From contig CAVOKN010000017.1 of the NCBI GenBank assembly GCA_963696505.1, forward strand, positions 76,326 through 140,325: a DNA stretch of 64,000 nt, read 5' to 3'. The DNA comes from an uncultured beta proteobacterium. Its GTDB lineage: Bacteria > Pseudomonadota > Gammaproteobacteria > Burkholderiales > Rhodocyclaceae. Below, piece by piece: positions 10,999 through 22,195 of the stretch. The notes beneath the pieces were generated by a model. That model was not told the origin of the DNA. It made no database searches and saw only the letters and a program-made list of their open reading frames with translations. Positions within the stretch are counted from its first letter, which is position 1. Each line of letters begins with the position of its first letter. The translations under genes were made by a program, and so were the position numbers.

Positions 10999-11658
10999 TC
11001 AAGCGTCTGGAGGCTGGGAATCCGGACCTGCCGGCAGCTCGACGCCGTTCATAGCGAGGCCGCCGTCCGCGGCAAGCTCGGCGAGTTCCAACAGGTTGGC
11101 GGCACCCGTCTTGTGAAGAATGCGCGAGCGGTGGATTTCGACGGTACGGTGACTGATGCCGAGGCGCTGGGCAATCACCTTGTTTGCGCGTCCGGCCGCG
11201 GCGAGCGCGAGGATCTCGCGCTCGCGCGGCGTGAGCCGCAGCAGCCGCTGGCGCCGGTCCGCCACGGCTGCCTGCTTGGCCAGCGCGGCGATGTCGCGGT
11301 CGAGGGCGGCCTGCACCCGTTGCAGCAGCTCGGCGGGCTGCACCGGCTTGGTCAGGAAATCCACTGCCCCGGCCTTCATGGCGCGCACGGTCATCGGGAT
11401 GTCGCCGTGGGCCGTGACAAAGATGATGGACAGGTGGCTCCCCCGCTCGTTGAGCGCCGCCTGCAGGTCGGGACCGCTCATGCCGCCCATGCGCACGTCC
11501 AGCACCAGGCAGCCGGCCCGGTCCGGCCGGTAGGTTGCAAGGAAGGACTCGGCGCTGCCGTGGCACTCGACTTCAAGGCCGGCGGTCTCGCACAGCAGGG
11601 CAAGGCCGTCGCGCACGGCCGCGTCGTCGTCGACGATGAAAACGATCGGCCGGGTCAC
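10999..11658 (-). CDS. FixJ/LuxR-family response regulator
   Basis: REC domain IVFIVDDDAAVRDGL...LVLDVRMGGMSG...VDFLTKP. C-terminal LuxR HTH LTPREREILALAAAGRANKVIAQRLGISHRTVEIHR. The GTG start overlaps the kinase stop (GTGA). Confidence 0.85.
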   Translation of the reverse strand: MTRPIVFIVDDDAAVRDGLALLCETAGLEVECHGSAESFLATYRPDRAGCLVLDVRMGGMSGPDLQAALNERGSHLSIIFVTAHGDIPMTVRAMKAGAVDFLTKPVQPAELLQRVQAALDRDIAALAKQAAVADRRQRLLRLTPREREILALAAAGRANKVIAQRLGISHRTVEIHRSRILHKTGAANLLELAELAADGGLAMNGVELPAGPDSQPPDA

Positions 11659-13744
11659 GTCGCGAAGGGCAGCGTCAGGTGGAAGCTGGCCCCGGAGCCA
11701 GGCTCCGACTCGCACCACAGTCGCCCGCCGTGGGCGTCGACGATGGCACGGCTGATGGCGAGGCCCATGCCCAGTCCGCTGGGCTTGGTGGTGAAGAACG
11801 GATCGAAGATGCGGCGCATGGCCGCAGCATCGAGCCCGGGACCGTCGTCGCGCACGATGACCTCGGCCATGTGTGCATCGGCGCTGGCACCGGCGGTGAC
11901 GGTGATGCACCCCGAGCGATTGACGCTGCCTTCAAGGGCTTCGATGCCGTTCTCGATCAAGTTGACCAGCACCTTTTCGATCTGCAGCCGGTTCGCCTTG
12001 ACCGGCGCCAGGTCGGGATCGAGCTCAAGCCGCAAGTCGAGCTTGCTCGGATGGTTGGTCCGAACCCGCTCCGCGGCGGCGCGAACGATGTCGATGAGGG
12101 CCACGTTCGCGGTCTGGACTTCGCCCTTCCTGAGGAACTCCAGGAGTTCGCGGGCGACGCGCCCCGCGCGCTGAGCCTGCTGGGCACCGCTTTCCAGCGC
12201 ATGCTCAAGCCGGCCGGGCTGGGGATTGCCGGCCCGCAGCAGCCGCAGCGCGGCCTCGGTGTAGGTTGCGAGAGCCGTGAGCGGCTGGTTCAGCTCGTGG
12301 GCGATGGCAGCGACAGTCTGGCTGGCAACATGGCGACGCGTGACCTGTTCGAGTTCGTCGTTCAGCGCCCGCAGCGCCCCCTCGGCGCGCCGGCGTTCGG
12401 TCATGTCGACAAAGGCGGCCAGCACGCCGTCTTCGACGCGGATGCCCGAGATCTGTACCACACGCTGCGAACCGTTGCGGCATGTCACACGGTACTCGTT
12501 GGGCTCGATGTCGCCGCCGGCGGTCTCGGCACGCTGCACGGCGGCGCTCCAGCCCGCCACCACCTGGGCGCTGTAGTCCGGATCGGGGTAGGCCAGCCCC
12601 CACCAATGGTCGATGGTGGGGATTTCCACCGGCGTGTAGCCGAACAACTTCTCGAAGCGCGCGTTGACCGCCACGATGACCCCGTCGCCGCGCACATGAC
12701 CCATGGCCAGGGGAGCGTCCTGAAACAGGCGCCGGAAGCGTGCTTCGCTCTCGCGCAGACTGTTCACCGCGCCGTCGAGCCGCTGCTTGGCCGCGCGAAT
12801 TTCGGCGATGTCCGGGTCCGGCGCTGCGTGGTCGGACCCCTCGGCGAGGGAAGCCACGGCCCGCGTAAGCCGCCGACTGGCCAAACGGCCTCCCACCACG
12901 CCGGCCAGGGTGGCACCCAGCAGACCGATGCCGAACGCCATGACTGCGGCGTAGAGCGGCGCCCGATGTACGTGGTGCGGAATCTCCACCACCACCGACC
13001 ACGGCGCAACCTCCGACCTGGCCACGAAGCGACCGTCGGGCCGGACGTCCCGGGCCGCGTCGAACGCTGGCGGCGCGCGGCGGGCGATCACCTCGCCGCT
13101 GCCATCGATCACGCTCATCGCCCAGCCTGGCGGCAGCGCCATCTGATCCAGCCGCCCCTGGAACTGGTGTGCTTCGGGCGTGGCCAGCAGCACGACTTTG
13201 GCCGCGCCGTCGCGCAGGACCGGCACGGCGATGGCGACCAGCCGTTCCTTTGCCACAGGGCCCATGAAGCTGTCGCCCACTGCGGGCCGGCCCGTGGCAA
13301 GGGCATCGGTCGCTGCGGCGTGGCCGTTGGGCTGCGGCAGCGGCGGCAACACGCTGCCATAGGGCGCACGGGTGTTGAACAACATGCGCATCGGATCCCC
13401 GGCGTCGGCCAGGATGACGTGGCTGCCGAAGATCTCCTCGAACCTCTGAGCTTCGCGGTAGAGATCCGGCCAACGCTTGGGATCATCCAGCAGCGGCGAG
13501 CCGGCCATCATCTTCAGGGCGCGGATCTGGGCATTCAGGCGCTGATCGACGCTGATGGCATAGCTGCGCGCGAGGCTCGCCGCTCCCTCGTCGCGAAGCT
13601 CCTCGCTCGTGTGCACGTTCTGGTAGGCCAGCCACGCCGCCACCACCAGCAGTGGCAGCAGGCACAGCCAGATCAGCCGGGCGAGGAAGGCCTTGAGCGG
13701 CACGCTGGCGACAGGTCTGGGCGCCTTCGCCGTGGGCACCGGAA

Positions 13745-13766
<22 letters not shown>
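11655..13766 (-). CDS. Sensor histidine kinase (periplasmic sensor, PAS, HisKA, HATPase)
   Basis: 703 aa. N-terminal TM helix LIWLCLLPLLVVAAWLAY, a second TM helix after a periplasmic region of about 250 aa, PAS region ESEARFRRLFQDAPLAMG, H-box AAIAHELNQPL, N box LVNLIENGIEA, and G boxes DDGPGL and GLGMGLAISR. Confidence 0.85.
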
Positions 13767-15646
<1,880 letters not shown>

Positions 15647-15715
15647 GGCAAGCGCTCGGGCGGCATCCCGCGTCGAAAAGGCGCTATTGTAGGGGGCCGG
15701 TTCGATCCTTTTCCC

Positions 15716-16390
15716 ATGTCCAGCGCTTTTTCCCGACTGACTCCCGGCCTGCTCGCTGCCCTGGCCCTGTCGGCTGCTCCGCAGCCGGCCACGGCCGCCG
15801 AGGCCGATCTTGCCGAGCGCGCCAAGCGTTTGCGCGCCGAAGCCAAGGAGCTGCGCAGCGCCGCGGACCGGCAACGCGTCGAGACTGAAACGGCGTGCCA
15901 GCGCAAGTTTCTGGTCGCCTCCTGCGTCGAAGACGCGCGTCGGGAGCATGTCCGGGCCATCGAAGAGGCGCGCAGCCGCGAGATCGAGGCAGCGGGCATA
16001 GAGCAGGATCTGCGCCGCGAACAGCAGGCCAGGGACCAGGCGGAACGGGAACGGCGTGCTGCGGAAAAGCGCGACGCGGCGGCGCGCGGCCAGGCCGAAG
16101 TGGAGGGCGAGCGCGAGCGGGCTGCCGAAACCGATGCCGAAAACGCCCGGCGGCGAGCCGAAGGCGAGACGCGCGGGGCAGCCGAAGCGGCCGAGCGTCA
16201 ACGCAAGGACGCGGAAAAGGCCCAGGCCCGCGCCAAGCGCGTCGAGGAAGCGAAGGCCCGGGCAGACGCGGCCGAACGCCAGCGCGCCGAGATCGACCGT
16301 CGCAAGGCCGAGAAGGAAATCAAGCGCGCCCACGAAGCATCCGCCCCGCCACCGGCAAAGCCGGTACTCCCGCCTTTGCCGGGCGGTTGA
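15716..16390 (+). CDS. Secreted Ala/Arg/Glu-rich coiled-coil protein, hypothetical
   Basis: ATG at 15716 with signal peptide MSSAFSRLTPGLLAALALSAAPQPATA. This is followed by about 190 aa of charged low-complexity sequence (ERERRAAEKRDAAARGQAEVEGERERAAE...). It is the in-frame tail of shadow ORF 13784-16390. Confidence 0.55.
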   Translation: MSSAFSRLTPGLLAALALSAAPQPATAAEADLAERAKRLRAEAKELRSAADRQRVETETACQRKFLVASCVEDARREHVRAIEEARSREIEAAGIEQDLRREQQARDQAERERRAAEKRDAAARGQAEVEGERERAAETDAENARRRAEGETRGAAEAAERQRKDAEKAQARAKRVEEAKARADAAERQRAEIDRRKAEKEIKRAHEASAPPPAKPVLPPLPGG

Positions 16391-16450
16391 AGCAGGTGGC
16401 CACTGCCCCAATAATCTGATGCCTGTCTCCAACCAGCGGTATCGCGCACC

Positions 16451-16843
16451 ATGTCTGCCTTCGCTTACCTCATCGTCGCCATCGTCGGCCTGTTCCTGCT
16501 GATGCAGATCATTCCCCTGATCCGCGCCCGGCAGGCCCGCGGCAAGGCAGTTCCGGAACTCGATGCCCTGCTCACCGATGCCCAGCGGGGGCAGCCGCGG
16601 CTGCTGGTCTACTTCTGGAGCCCGGCCTGCGGCATGTGCCGGCCGATGACGCCGGTGATCGACAAGCTGGCGGCAGAGCAGGCAAACGTAGTGAAGGTGA
16701 ATGTGGCCGAAACCACCGAACTGGCGCGGCGCGTCGGCATCATGGGCACACCCTCGCTGGCGCTGATCGAGGGTGGCACTGTGAGCAAGGTGATGGTCGG
16801 CGCCCGCAGCGAACACCAGATCCGCGCGCTGTTGGCGGCCTGA
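16451..16843 (+). CDS. Membrane-anchored thioredoxin-family protein
   Basis: N-terminal TM helix YLIVAIVGLFLLMQIIPLI and redox motif WSPACGMC, followed by a thioredoxin fold (GIMGTPSLALIEGG). Confidence 0.8.
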   Translation: MSAFAYLIVAIVGLFLLMQIIPLIRARQARGKAVPELDALLTDAQRGQPRLLVYFWSPACGMCRPMTPVIDKLAAEQANVVKVNVAETTELARRVGIMGTPSLALIEGGTVSKVMVGARSEHQIRALLAA

Positions 16844-16844
16844 A

Positions 16845-18062
16845 TTGGGCGCCGCCACACAAATCGCGAAGGCCGAGCGCGATGTCGCCGGCCTGGGCCA
16901 GGTGTTCACGCCGCCGGCCGTGGTCGAGGCGATGCTGCGGCTGCGCAAGCGGTCGGGACGGGTGCTGGAGCCCTCCTGCGGTGACGGCGCCTTCTCGTCC
17001 CGGCTGCCCGGCTGTGTCGCCATCGAGGCCGATGCGAGCCACGCGCCGCCCGGCGCCCTGGTGCAGGACTTCTTCACCTATCCGGCCGCCGAGCGCTTCG
17101 ACACCGTCATCGGCAATCCGCCCTATGTGCGCTTCCAGGACATCGCCCCGCGCACCCGGCTTCACCTGCCGCTCCACGGTTTCGACGGGCGCAGCAACCT
17201 TTATCTGTTCTTCATCGAGAAGTGCCTGCGCCACCTCGCCCCCGGCGGCGAGCTGATCTTCATCACGCCGCGCGACTTCCTCAAGACCACGTCCAGCGTA
17301 AAGCTCAACGCCTGGCTCTACGAGCAGGGCACCATCACCGACTACATCGAGCTGGGTGATGCCCGCGTGTTCGACGGTGCGCTGCCCAACTGCGCCATCT
17401 GGCGCTTCGAGCGCGACGACTTTTCGCGCCGCACGCGCTATGCGGAAGTCGGCGTTGGCAAGCCGCTGGCCGAGACCCTTGCGGCGCCGCCGTGGGCGGA
17501 ACGCGAGTTCGTCGAGAGCGCCGGCCACCTGCTGTTTACTCGCTGCCACTATCCGCTGCGCTTTTCCGCTCGGTTCTTCGTCAAGGTCGGCGCAGTTTCG
17601 GGCGACGACGAGGTGTTCACCAACGATGAACACGGCGACATCGATTTCGTCTGCTCGCGCACCGCCTCCACGGGGGAGCTGCGGCGCATGATCTACAACC
17701 GGCGCATTCCCTACCTGGAACAGTTCAAACAGCGCCTGCTGGCGCGCCGCATCCGCCCCTTCGACGAGTCCAACTGGTGGCAGTGGGGCCGCGGCTACTA
17801 CCTTTCTGACCAGCCACGCATATATGTAAATGGCCGCACACGCAACGAACGGCCGTTCTTCGTCCATCCCAACATCCACTACGACGGCTCGGTGCTGGCG
17901 GTCTTCCCCAGACATGCGGGGCAGGACGTGCACGAGCTGTGCAAGCAACTGAACGATGTCGATTGGGCCGATCTCGGCTTCGTCGTTGACGGCCGCCATA
18001 TCTTTTCCCAGCGCAGCCTGGAAAACGCGCCCCTGCCGGAGAGCTTCCGCCGCTTGCCGTAG
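16845..18062 (+). CDS. TaqI-like (gamma-class) N6-adenine DNA methyltransferase, orphan
   Basis: GQVFTPPAVVEAMLRL...GRVLEPSCGDGAF (motifs X and I) followed by GNPPYV (motif IV). It is collinear by eye with the M.TaqI N-terminus as I recall it. The TTG start lies 1 nt after the thioredoxin stop, and no endonuclease gene is adjacent. Confidence 0.8.
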   Translation: MGAATQIAKAERDVAGLGQVFTPPAVVEAMLRLRKRSGRVLEPSCGDGAFSSRLPGCVAIEADASHAPPGALVQDFFTYPAAERFDTVIGNPPYVRFQDIAPRTRLHLPLHGFDGRSNLYLFFIEKCLRHLAPGGELIFITPRDFLKTTSSVKLNAWLYEQGTITDYIELGDARVFDGALPNCAIWRFERDDFSRRTRYAEVGVGKPLAETLAAPPWAEREFVESAGHLLFTRCHYPLRFSARFFVKVGAVSGDDEVFTNDEHGDIDFVCSRTASTGELRRMIYNRRIPYLEQFKQRLLARRIRPFDESNWWQWGRGYYLSDQPRIYVNGRTRNERPFFVHPNIHYDGSVLAVFPRHAGQDVHELCKQLNDVDWADLGFVVDGRHIFSQRSLENAPLPESFRRLP

Positions 18063-18173
18063 GGCGCGCCATGCGCGGCGCAGCGAAACCGGCCGGCAAC
18101 GGGCTTGGTGTAAGATTCCTCGCACTCCTGCGGCTTGTTCGCATTCTGCCGCCATCCGCACTCCCTGCCGCCC

Positions 18174-19454
18174 ATGGTCCCTCATCTCACCACCGCGCTC
18201 ACCGGCCCTCTGCTCGAACTGGAAAAGCGCTTCCTCGATGCCAGCACCGCGGTCGAGCACTGGTTCCGCAGCAAATGGCTGGAGCACACGCCGCCGTTCT
18301 ACGCCTCGGTGGACCTGCGCAATTCCGGCTTCAAGCTGGCGCCGGTGGACACCAACCTGTTCCCCGGCGGTTTCAACAACCTGAATCCGGCCTTCCTGCC
18401 GTTGTGCGTGCAGGCGGCGATGGGGGCGATCGAGAAGATCTGTCCCGAGGCCAAGCATTTCCTCGTCATACCCGAGAACCACACCCGCAACCAGTTCTAC
18501 CTGCAGAACGTGGCGGCGCTGGCGACGATCCTGCACCACTCGGGGCTCAACGTGCGCATCGGCAGCCTGCTGCCGGAGATCACGGCGCCCACCACGCTCG
18601 ACCTCGCCGATGGCCAGACGCTGACTCTGGAGCCGCTGGTGCGCCGGGGCCGCCGCCTCGGGCTGGCTGACTTTGACCCCTGCACCGTCCTGCTCAACAA
18701 CGACCTCTCGGCCGGCGTGCCGGAAATCCTCAAGGGCTTGAACGAGCAGTTCGTCATTCCGCCGCTGCACGCGGGTTGGGCCACAAGGCGCAAGTCGCGC
18801 CACTTCGCCGCCTACCACGAGGTCACCCGCGACTTCGCCTCGGTGCTGAGCATAGATCCCTGGCTGATCGACCCGGAGTTCGACGTCTGCGGCGAAGTCA
18901 ACTTCCAGGAGCGGCGCGGCGAAGAGTGCCTCGCCGCCAAGGTGGACGAGGTGCTGACGCGAATCCGCGTCAAGTACCGCGAGTACGGCGTCAGCGAGAA
19001 TCCCTTCGTCATCGTCAAGGCGGACGCCGGCACCTACGGCATGGGCATCATGACAGTGCGCGACGCCTCCGAGGTGGTGGGCCTGAACCGCAAGCAGCGC
19101 AACAAGATGGCGGTGGTGAAGGAAGGGCTGGAGGTGAGCGAGGTGATCATCCAGGAGGGGGTGCACACCTTCGAGACCATCGAATCGGCAGTCGCCGAGC
19201 CGGTGGTCTACATGATCGACCGCTACGTCGTCGGCGGCTTCTACCGCGTGCACAGCGCCCGCGGCCGCGAGGAGAATCTCAACGCGCCCGGCATGCACTT
19301 CAAGCCGCTCGCCTTCGACACCGCCTGCTCGCTGCCCAATCCGGGAGCGAATCCCGACGCCCCGCCCAACCGTTTCTTCGCCTATGGCGTGATCGCGCGC
19401 CTGGCGCTGCTCGCGGCCTCGCTGGAACTGGAACGTAGCGGCCCCGACGCATGA
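18174..19454 (+). CDS. gshA: Glutamate-cysteine ligase (proteobacterial GshA type)
   Basis: MVPHLTTALTGPLLELEKRFL...PPFYASVDLRNSGFKLAPVDTNLFPGGFNNL, 426 aa from the ATG at 18174. It overlaps the gshB start. Confidence 0.85.
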   Translation: MVPHLTTALTGPLLELEKRFLDASTAVEHWFRSKWLEHTPPFYASVDLRNSGFKLAPVDTNLFPGGFNNLNPAFLPLCVQAAMGAIEKICPEAKHFLVIPENHTRNQFYLQNVAALATILHHSGLNVRIGSLLPEITAPTTLDLADGQTLTLEPLVRRGRRLGLADFDPCTVLLNNDLSAGVPEILKGLNEQFVIPPLHAGWATRRKSRHFAAYHEVTRDFASVLSIDPWLIDPEFDVCGEVNFQERRGEECLAAKVDEVLTRIRVKYREYGVSENPFVIVKADAGTYGMGIMTVRDASEVVGLNRKQRNKMAVVKEGLEVSEVIIQEGVHTFETIESAVAEPVVYMIDRYVVGGFYRVHSARGREENLNAPGMHFKPLAFDTACSLPNPGANPDAPPNRFFAYGVIARLALLAASLELERSGPDA

Positions 19455-20401
19455 AACTCGCCTTCATCGTCGATCCCCTCGATCGGCTCAAGGCCTACAA
19501 GGACTCCAGCGTCGCCATGATGCGCGCCGCCCAGGCGCGCGGCCACGAGGTGCACGCCATCATGCGCGAGGCGCTGTGCTGGCGCGAGGGCGTGGTGTTC
19601 GCCGAGTCGCAGCGACTGACTTTGAGTGCCGACGACCACGACTGGTACTCGGCCAGTCCCCACGGCACGTCGGCACTCCAGGACTTTGACGCCGTGCTGA
19701 TGCGTCAGGATCCGCCCTTCGACTTCGAGTACGTCGCCGCCACCTGGCTGCTGGAGCGTGCCGCCCAGGCCGGCGCGATGGTGTTCAACGATCCGCGCGC
19801 GATCCGCGACCACTCGGAGAAACTCGCCATCACCGAGTTCCCGCAGTTCACCCCGCCGACGCTGGTGGCGCGCGATGCTTCGCGGCTGCACGCCTTCATC
19901 GACGAACAGGGCGATGCCATCGTCAAACCCCTGGACGGCATGGGCGGCAGCCAGGTGTTCCGCGTCGGCCGCACCGATCCCAATCGCAATGTCATCGTCG
20001 AGACGCTGACCCACGACGGACGGCGCACGGTGATGGCGCAGCGTTACATCCCGGAGATCGTGCATGGCGACAAGCGCATCCTGCTGATCGCCGGCGAGCC
20101 GGTACCCTACTGCCTGGCGCGCATCCCCAAGGCGGGGGAGACGCGCGGCAACCTCGCTGCCGGCGGCACTGGCGTGGCGCAGCCCTTGTCCGAGCGTGAC
20201 CGCGAGATCGCCCACGCCCTGGCGCCGGTGCTGTGGCAGCGCGGCCTGCTGCTGGTAGGGCTGGACGTGATCGGTGACCACCTCACGGAGATCAACGTCA
20301 CCAGTCCGACCTGCTTCGTCGAGATTGCGCAGCAGACCGGCTTCGACGTTGCAGGCCGCTTCGTCGAGGCCTTGGAAGGGGCGGTGAGGGGCGAGGCTTG
20401 A
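19451..20401 (+). CDS. gshB: Glutathione synthetase
   Basis: 316 aa with MKLAFIVDPLDRLKAYKDSSVAMMRAAQARGHEV and an ATP-grasp half containing GDKRILLIAGEP and EINVTSPT. Confidence 0.9.
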   Translation: MKLAFIVDPLDRLKAYKDSSVAMMRAAQARGHEVHAIMREALCWREGVVFAESQRLTLSADDHDWYSASPHGTSALQDFDAVLMRQDPPFDFEYVAATWLLERAAQAGAMVFNDPRAIRDHSEKLAITEFPQFTPPTLVARDASRLHAFIDEQGDAIVKPLDGMGGSQVFRVGRTDPNRNVIVETLTHDGRRTVMAQRYIPEIVHGDKRILLIAGEPVPYCLARIPKAGETRGNLAAGGTGVAQPLSERDREIAHALAPVLWQRGLLLVGLDVIGDHLTEINVTSPTCFVEIAQQTGFDVAGRFVEALEGAVRGEA

Positions 20402-21451
20402 GGCGTCTGCCGCGCCGCGCCGGCGCGCTGCTGCTGCTGGTCGCCGTGCTGCTGGGGCTGACTTCCTGCGACCGGCGCCAGCTCCACCAGCAGGAATCCT
20501 ACGTCTTCGGCACCCGGGTCGAGGTGTTGGTCCAGGGCGTACCCGCAGACGAGGCACGAGCGGCGACGGCCGAAGTCCTGCGCGAGTTCGATCGCCTCCA
20601 CGCCATGCTGCACGCCTGGCAGCCGAGCGAGCTGACGCAGCTCAACGAAGCGATCGCCGCGGGCAGGAGCGCGGAAGTCAGTCCCGAGCTGGCGGCGATC
20701 CTGGCGCGATGCGAAGTCGCTGGCGGCGCGCTCCGATCAGTTGTTCAACCCGGCGCTGGGACGGCTGATTGGGCTGTGGGGCTTCCAGGGCGACGAATTC
20801 AAGCCCGTGCTGCCACCGATGGCCGAAGTCGATGCCCTGGTGAGGGCTGCGCCGAGCATGGCGGATCTCGACATCGACGGCACGCGAGTCACCAGCCGCA
20901 ACCCCGGCGTGCGACTCGATCTCGGGGGCCACGCGAAAGGCTATGCCCTCGACCGCGCGGCAGCCTTGCTCAAGGGGCGCGGCATCCGCAACGCGTTGGT
21001 GAACATCGGCGGCAACGTGATGGCACTCGGCACCCGCGGCGACCGGCCGTGGCGCGTCGGCATCCAGCATCCCCGCGCGCCGGAACCGCTCGCGCTGCTC
21101 GATTTGCGGGACGGCGAGACGATCGGAACTTCGGGGGACTATCAGCGCTATTTCGAGCTGGACGGGCAGCGCTACTGCCACATCCTCGATCCGCGCAGCG
21201 GATGGCCGGCGGCGGGCACGCAGGCGGTCACGGTGCTGGTCACACCACGCCCCGCCGCAGGCACGCTGTCGGATGTCGCCAGCAAGCCGATTTTCATCGC
21301 CGGCCCCGGGGCGTGGCGCGAGTCAGCGCACAATCTCGGCATCGATTACGCGCTGCGCATCGACGCCTCCGGCAGCATCTCGGTCACCCGGGCGCTGGCC
21401 GGACGCCTCCAGTTCGGCGAGGGCGTCGCGCCAAGCGAGATCGTCGACTGA
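20398..21451 (+). pseudogene. apbE: FAD:protein FMN transferase ApbE (lipoprotein) with one +1 insertion
   Basis: Lipobox LLGLTSC and N-terminal YVFGTRVEVLV...LHAMLHAWQPSELTQLN. The protein continues in the +1 frame from about 20701 as RDAKSLAARSDQLFNPALGRLIGLWGF...GGHAKGYALDRAA...TSGDYQRYFELDGQRYCHILDPRSG. The span is 1054 nt = 3n+1. ORF 20398-21939 is a chimera. Confidence 0.8.
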
Positions 21452-21534
21452 CCGGCCCGCCTCGGGCCGTTGCCTGCGTCATGAGGACCGGCCAGCCCGC
21501 GGCGGCTGGTAGAATCGGGCGAAAGGCCGCAGCC

Positions 21535-21939
21535 ATGATCGGACTATTCCTCATCACTCACGGAAGTCTCGGCGAGTCGCTGATCCAGTGCGCCTGCCAC
21601 GTGCTGAACCGGCGGCCGCCCCAGCTCGCCCAGATCGGCGTATCGGCACAGGACGACCCGCTGGACGTGCTGCCCACGGCGGGGCGCTGGCTGGAATTGG
21701 TGGACAGCGGCAAAGGCGTGCTGCTGCTCACCGACGTCTACGGGGCGACGCCTTCCAACGTCGCCTGCAAGCTGGTGCGGCCGGGGCTCGTCGAAACGGT
21801 GGCCGGGGTCAATCTGCCGATGCTGCTGCGGGCGCTTACCTATCGCGACAAGGACATGGCGACCCTGATTTCGCGGGCCGTGTCGGGCGGGCGCGACGGG
21901 GTGCTCTACGTCAAACCGGAACGCGATGCGCAGGGCTGA
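21535..21939 (+). CDS. PTS EIIA component, mannose/fructose family
   Basis: MIGLFLITHGSLGESL (phosphorylatable His loop), LLLTDVYGATPSN, VAGVNLPMLL. 134 aa; this is the in-frame tail of chimera ORF 20398-21939. Confidence 0.8.
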   Translation: MIGLFLITHGSLGESLIQCACHVLNRRPPQLAQIGVSAQDDPLDVLPTAGRWLELVDSGKGVLLLTDVYGATPSNVACKLVRPGLVETVAGVNLPMLLRALTYRDKDMATLISRAVSGGRDGVLYVKPERDAQG

Positions 21940-22195
21940 CGCCGTCATACTCAACAAGCTCGGCCTGCACGCCCGCGCCTCGGCCAAACTGACGCAGATG
22001 GCGAGCGGCTTCGCCGCCGAGGTCTGGCTGGAACGTAGCGGTCGCCGCATTAATGCGAAGAGCATCATGGGGGTGATGATGCTGGCCGCCGCCAAGGGCG
22101 CCGCGGTGACGGTGGAAACCGACGGCAGCGACGAGGATGCGGCGCTCGACGCGATCCTCGGCCTGATCGCCGACAAGTTCGGAGAGGGGGAATGA
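21926..22195 (+). CDS. ptsH: HPr-family phosphocarrier protein
   Basis: 89 aa with ILNKLGLHARASAKL (active-site His) and KSIMGVMMLAAAKG. Confidence 0.85.
   Translation: MRRADAVILNKLGLHARASAKLTQMASGFAAEVWLERSGRRINAKSIMGVMMLAAAKGAAVTVETDGSDEDAALDAILGLIADKFGEGE

Noticed and set aside
15647-17077. N-terminal ~470 codons of the 1110-aa minus-strand ORF 13745-17077
   Set aside because: It has no recognisable domains, overlaps the plus-strand thioredoxin gene and the secreted protein gene, and the ABC-F homology begins at GTG 15646.
16740-19298. 852-aa minus-strand ORF
   Set aside because: It is antisense to the DNA methyltransferase and gshA and has shadow-like composition.
20398-21939. 513-aa ORF suggesting an ApbE-EIIA fusion
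   Set aside because: It is a frameshift chimera. The ApbE body continues in ORF 20741-21451, the middle of the long ORF is Arg/Pro/Gly nonsense, and only its last 134 codons (from 21535) are the EIIA gene.
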